In this document: in pieces, positions 5,131-5,329 of the stretch
How positions within the stretch are numbered: the stretch's first letter is position 1
Layout of the letters: every line of letters begins with the position of its first letter
IMG/VR virus record: IMGVR_UViG_2534682252_000027
Location: 1-5,329 of that record
Source of the DNA: a virus
Taxonomy: Duplodnaviria; Heunggongvirae; Uroviricota; Caudoviricetes
Reading direction: 5' to 3' (one strand)
DNA length: 5,329 bases
Notes under the pieces: generated by a model
What the model was told of the DNA's origin: nothing
Seen by the model: the letters and a program-made list of their open reading frames with translations, nothing else
The model's database searches: none
Made by a program: the position numbers and the translations under genes

Positions 5131-5329
5131 GCGCCTTCTCCCTGTACCTGAATCAATGTGAGGTTTCCGCAGAACACTGCGCCGGTATCTATATACATCT
5201 GGTTGGCAAATTTGAGTGGTTTCACTGCTGGCGTATGACCAAAGATGAACGTGTCCGCGCCTTTGATTTCTTTCACGATCCCGTCTTGTGAGTTGCTGAT
5301 TCGTTCGCGGTTCCAGATTACCTGCTGAT
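5127..5329 (-). CDS. ninI: Ser/Thr protein phosphatase, lambda NinI (orf221)-like; C-terminal fragment, 5' end outside the window
   Basis: Minus-strand frame ending at TGA 5127-5129 translates to ...[66 protein letters not shown]. The GHTP motif and the position immediately upstream of Q match the lambda nin region. Its stop overlaps the Q start in ATGA. Confidence 0.8.
   Translation of the reverse strand, partial: QQVIWNRERISNSQDGIVKEIKGADTFIFGHTPAVKPLKFANQMYIDTGAVFCGNLTLIQVQGEGA

Overview
This window is the late-regulatory region of a lambdoid prophage (Enterobacteriaceae-type), with every supported gene on the minus strand. Reading in the direction of transcription (right to left): the 3' end of a lambda NinI-like Ser/Thr phosphatase gene, a lambda-type antiterminator Q, a lambda-like late promoter (pR'/qut), an AT-rich gene for a ~240-250 aa polytopic membrane protein of no family I recognise, a terminator- and hairpin-rich spacer, a 645-aa phage sialate O-acetylesterase (NanS-p type), two small ORFs (59-aa membrane peptide, 90-aa acidic protein), and the start of an S21/933W-type pinholin. 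This is the layout of the Stx-phage toxin locus (Q - cargo - nanS-p - lysis), but there are no stx genes and no tRNA genes. The main candidate for something undescribed is the AT-rich membrane-protein gene in the cargo slot directly downstream of pR'. Secondary observations are a convergent terminator pair, a hairpin-dense GC-rich segment, two possible small hydrophobic ORFs, plus-strand terminators with no plus-strand gene, and a lambda-Q / phage-21-holin mosaic. All calls rest on reading and hand-translating the sequence and on recalled protein and promoter sequences; no database search was run.
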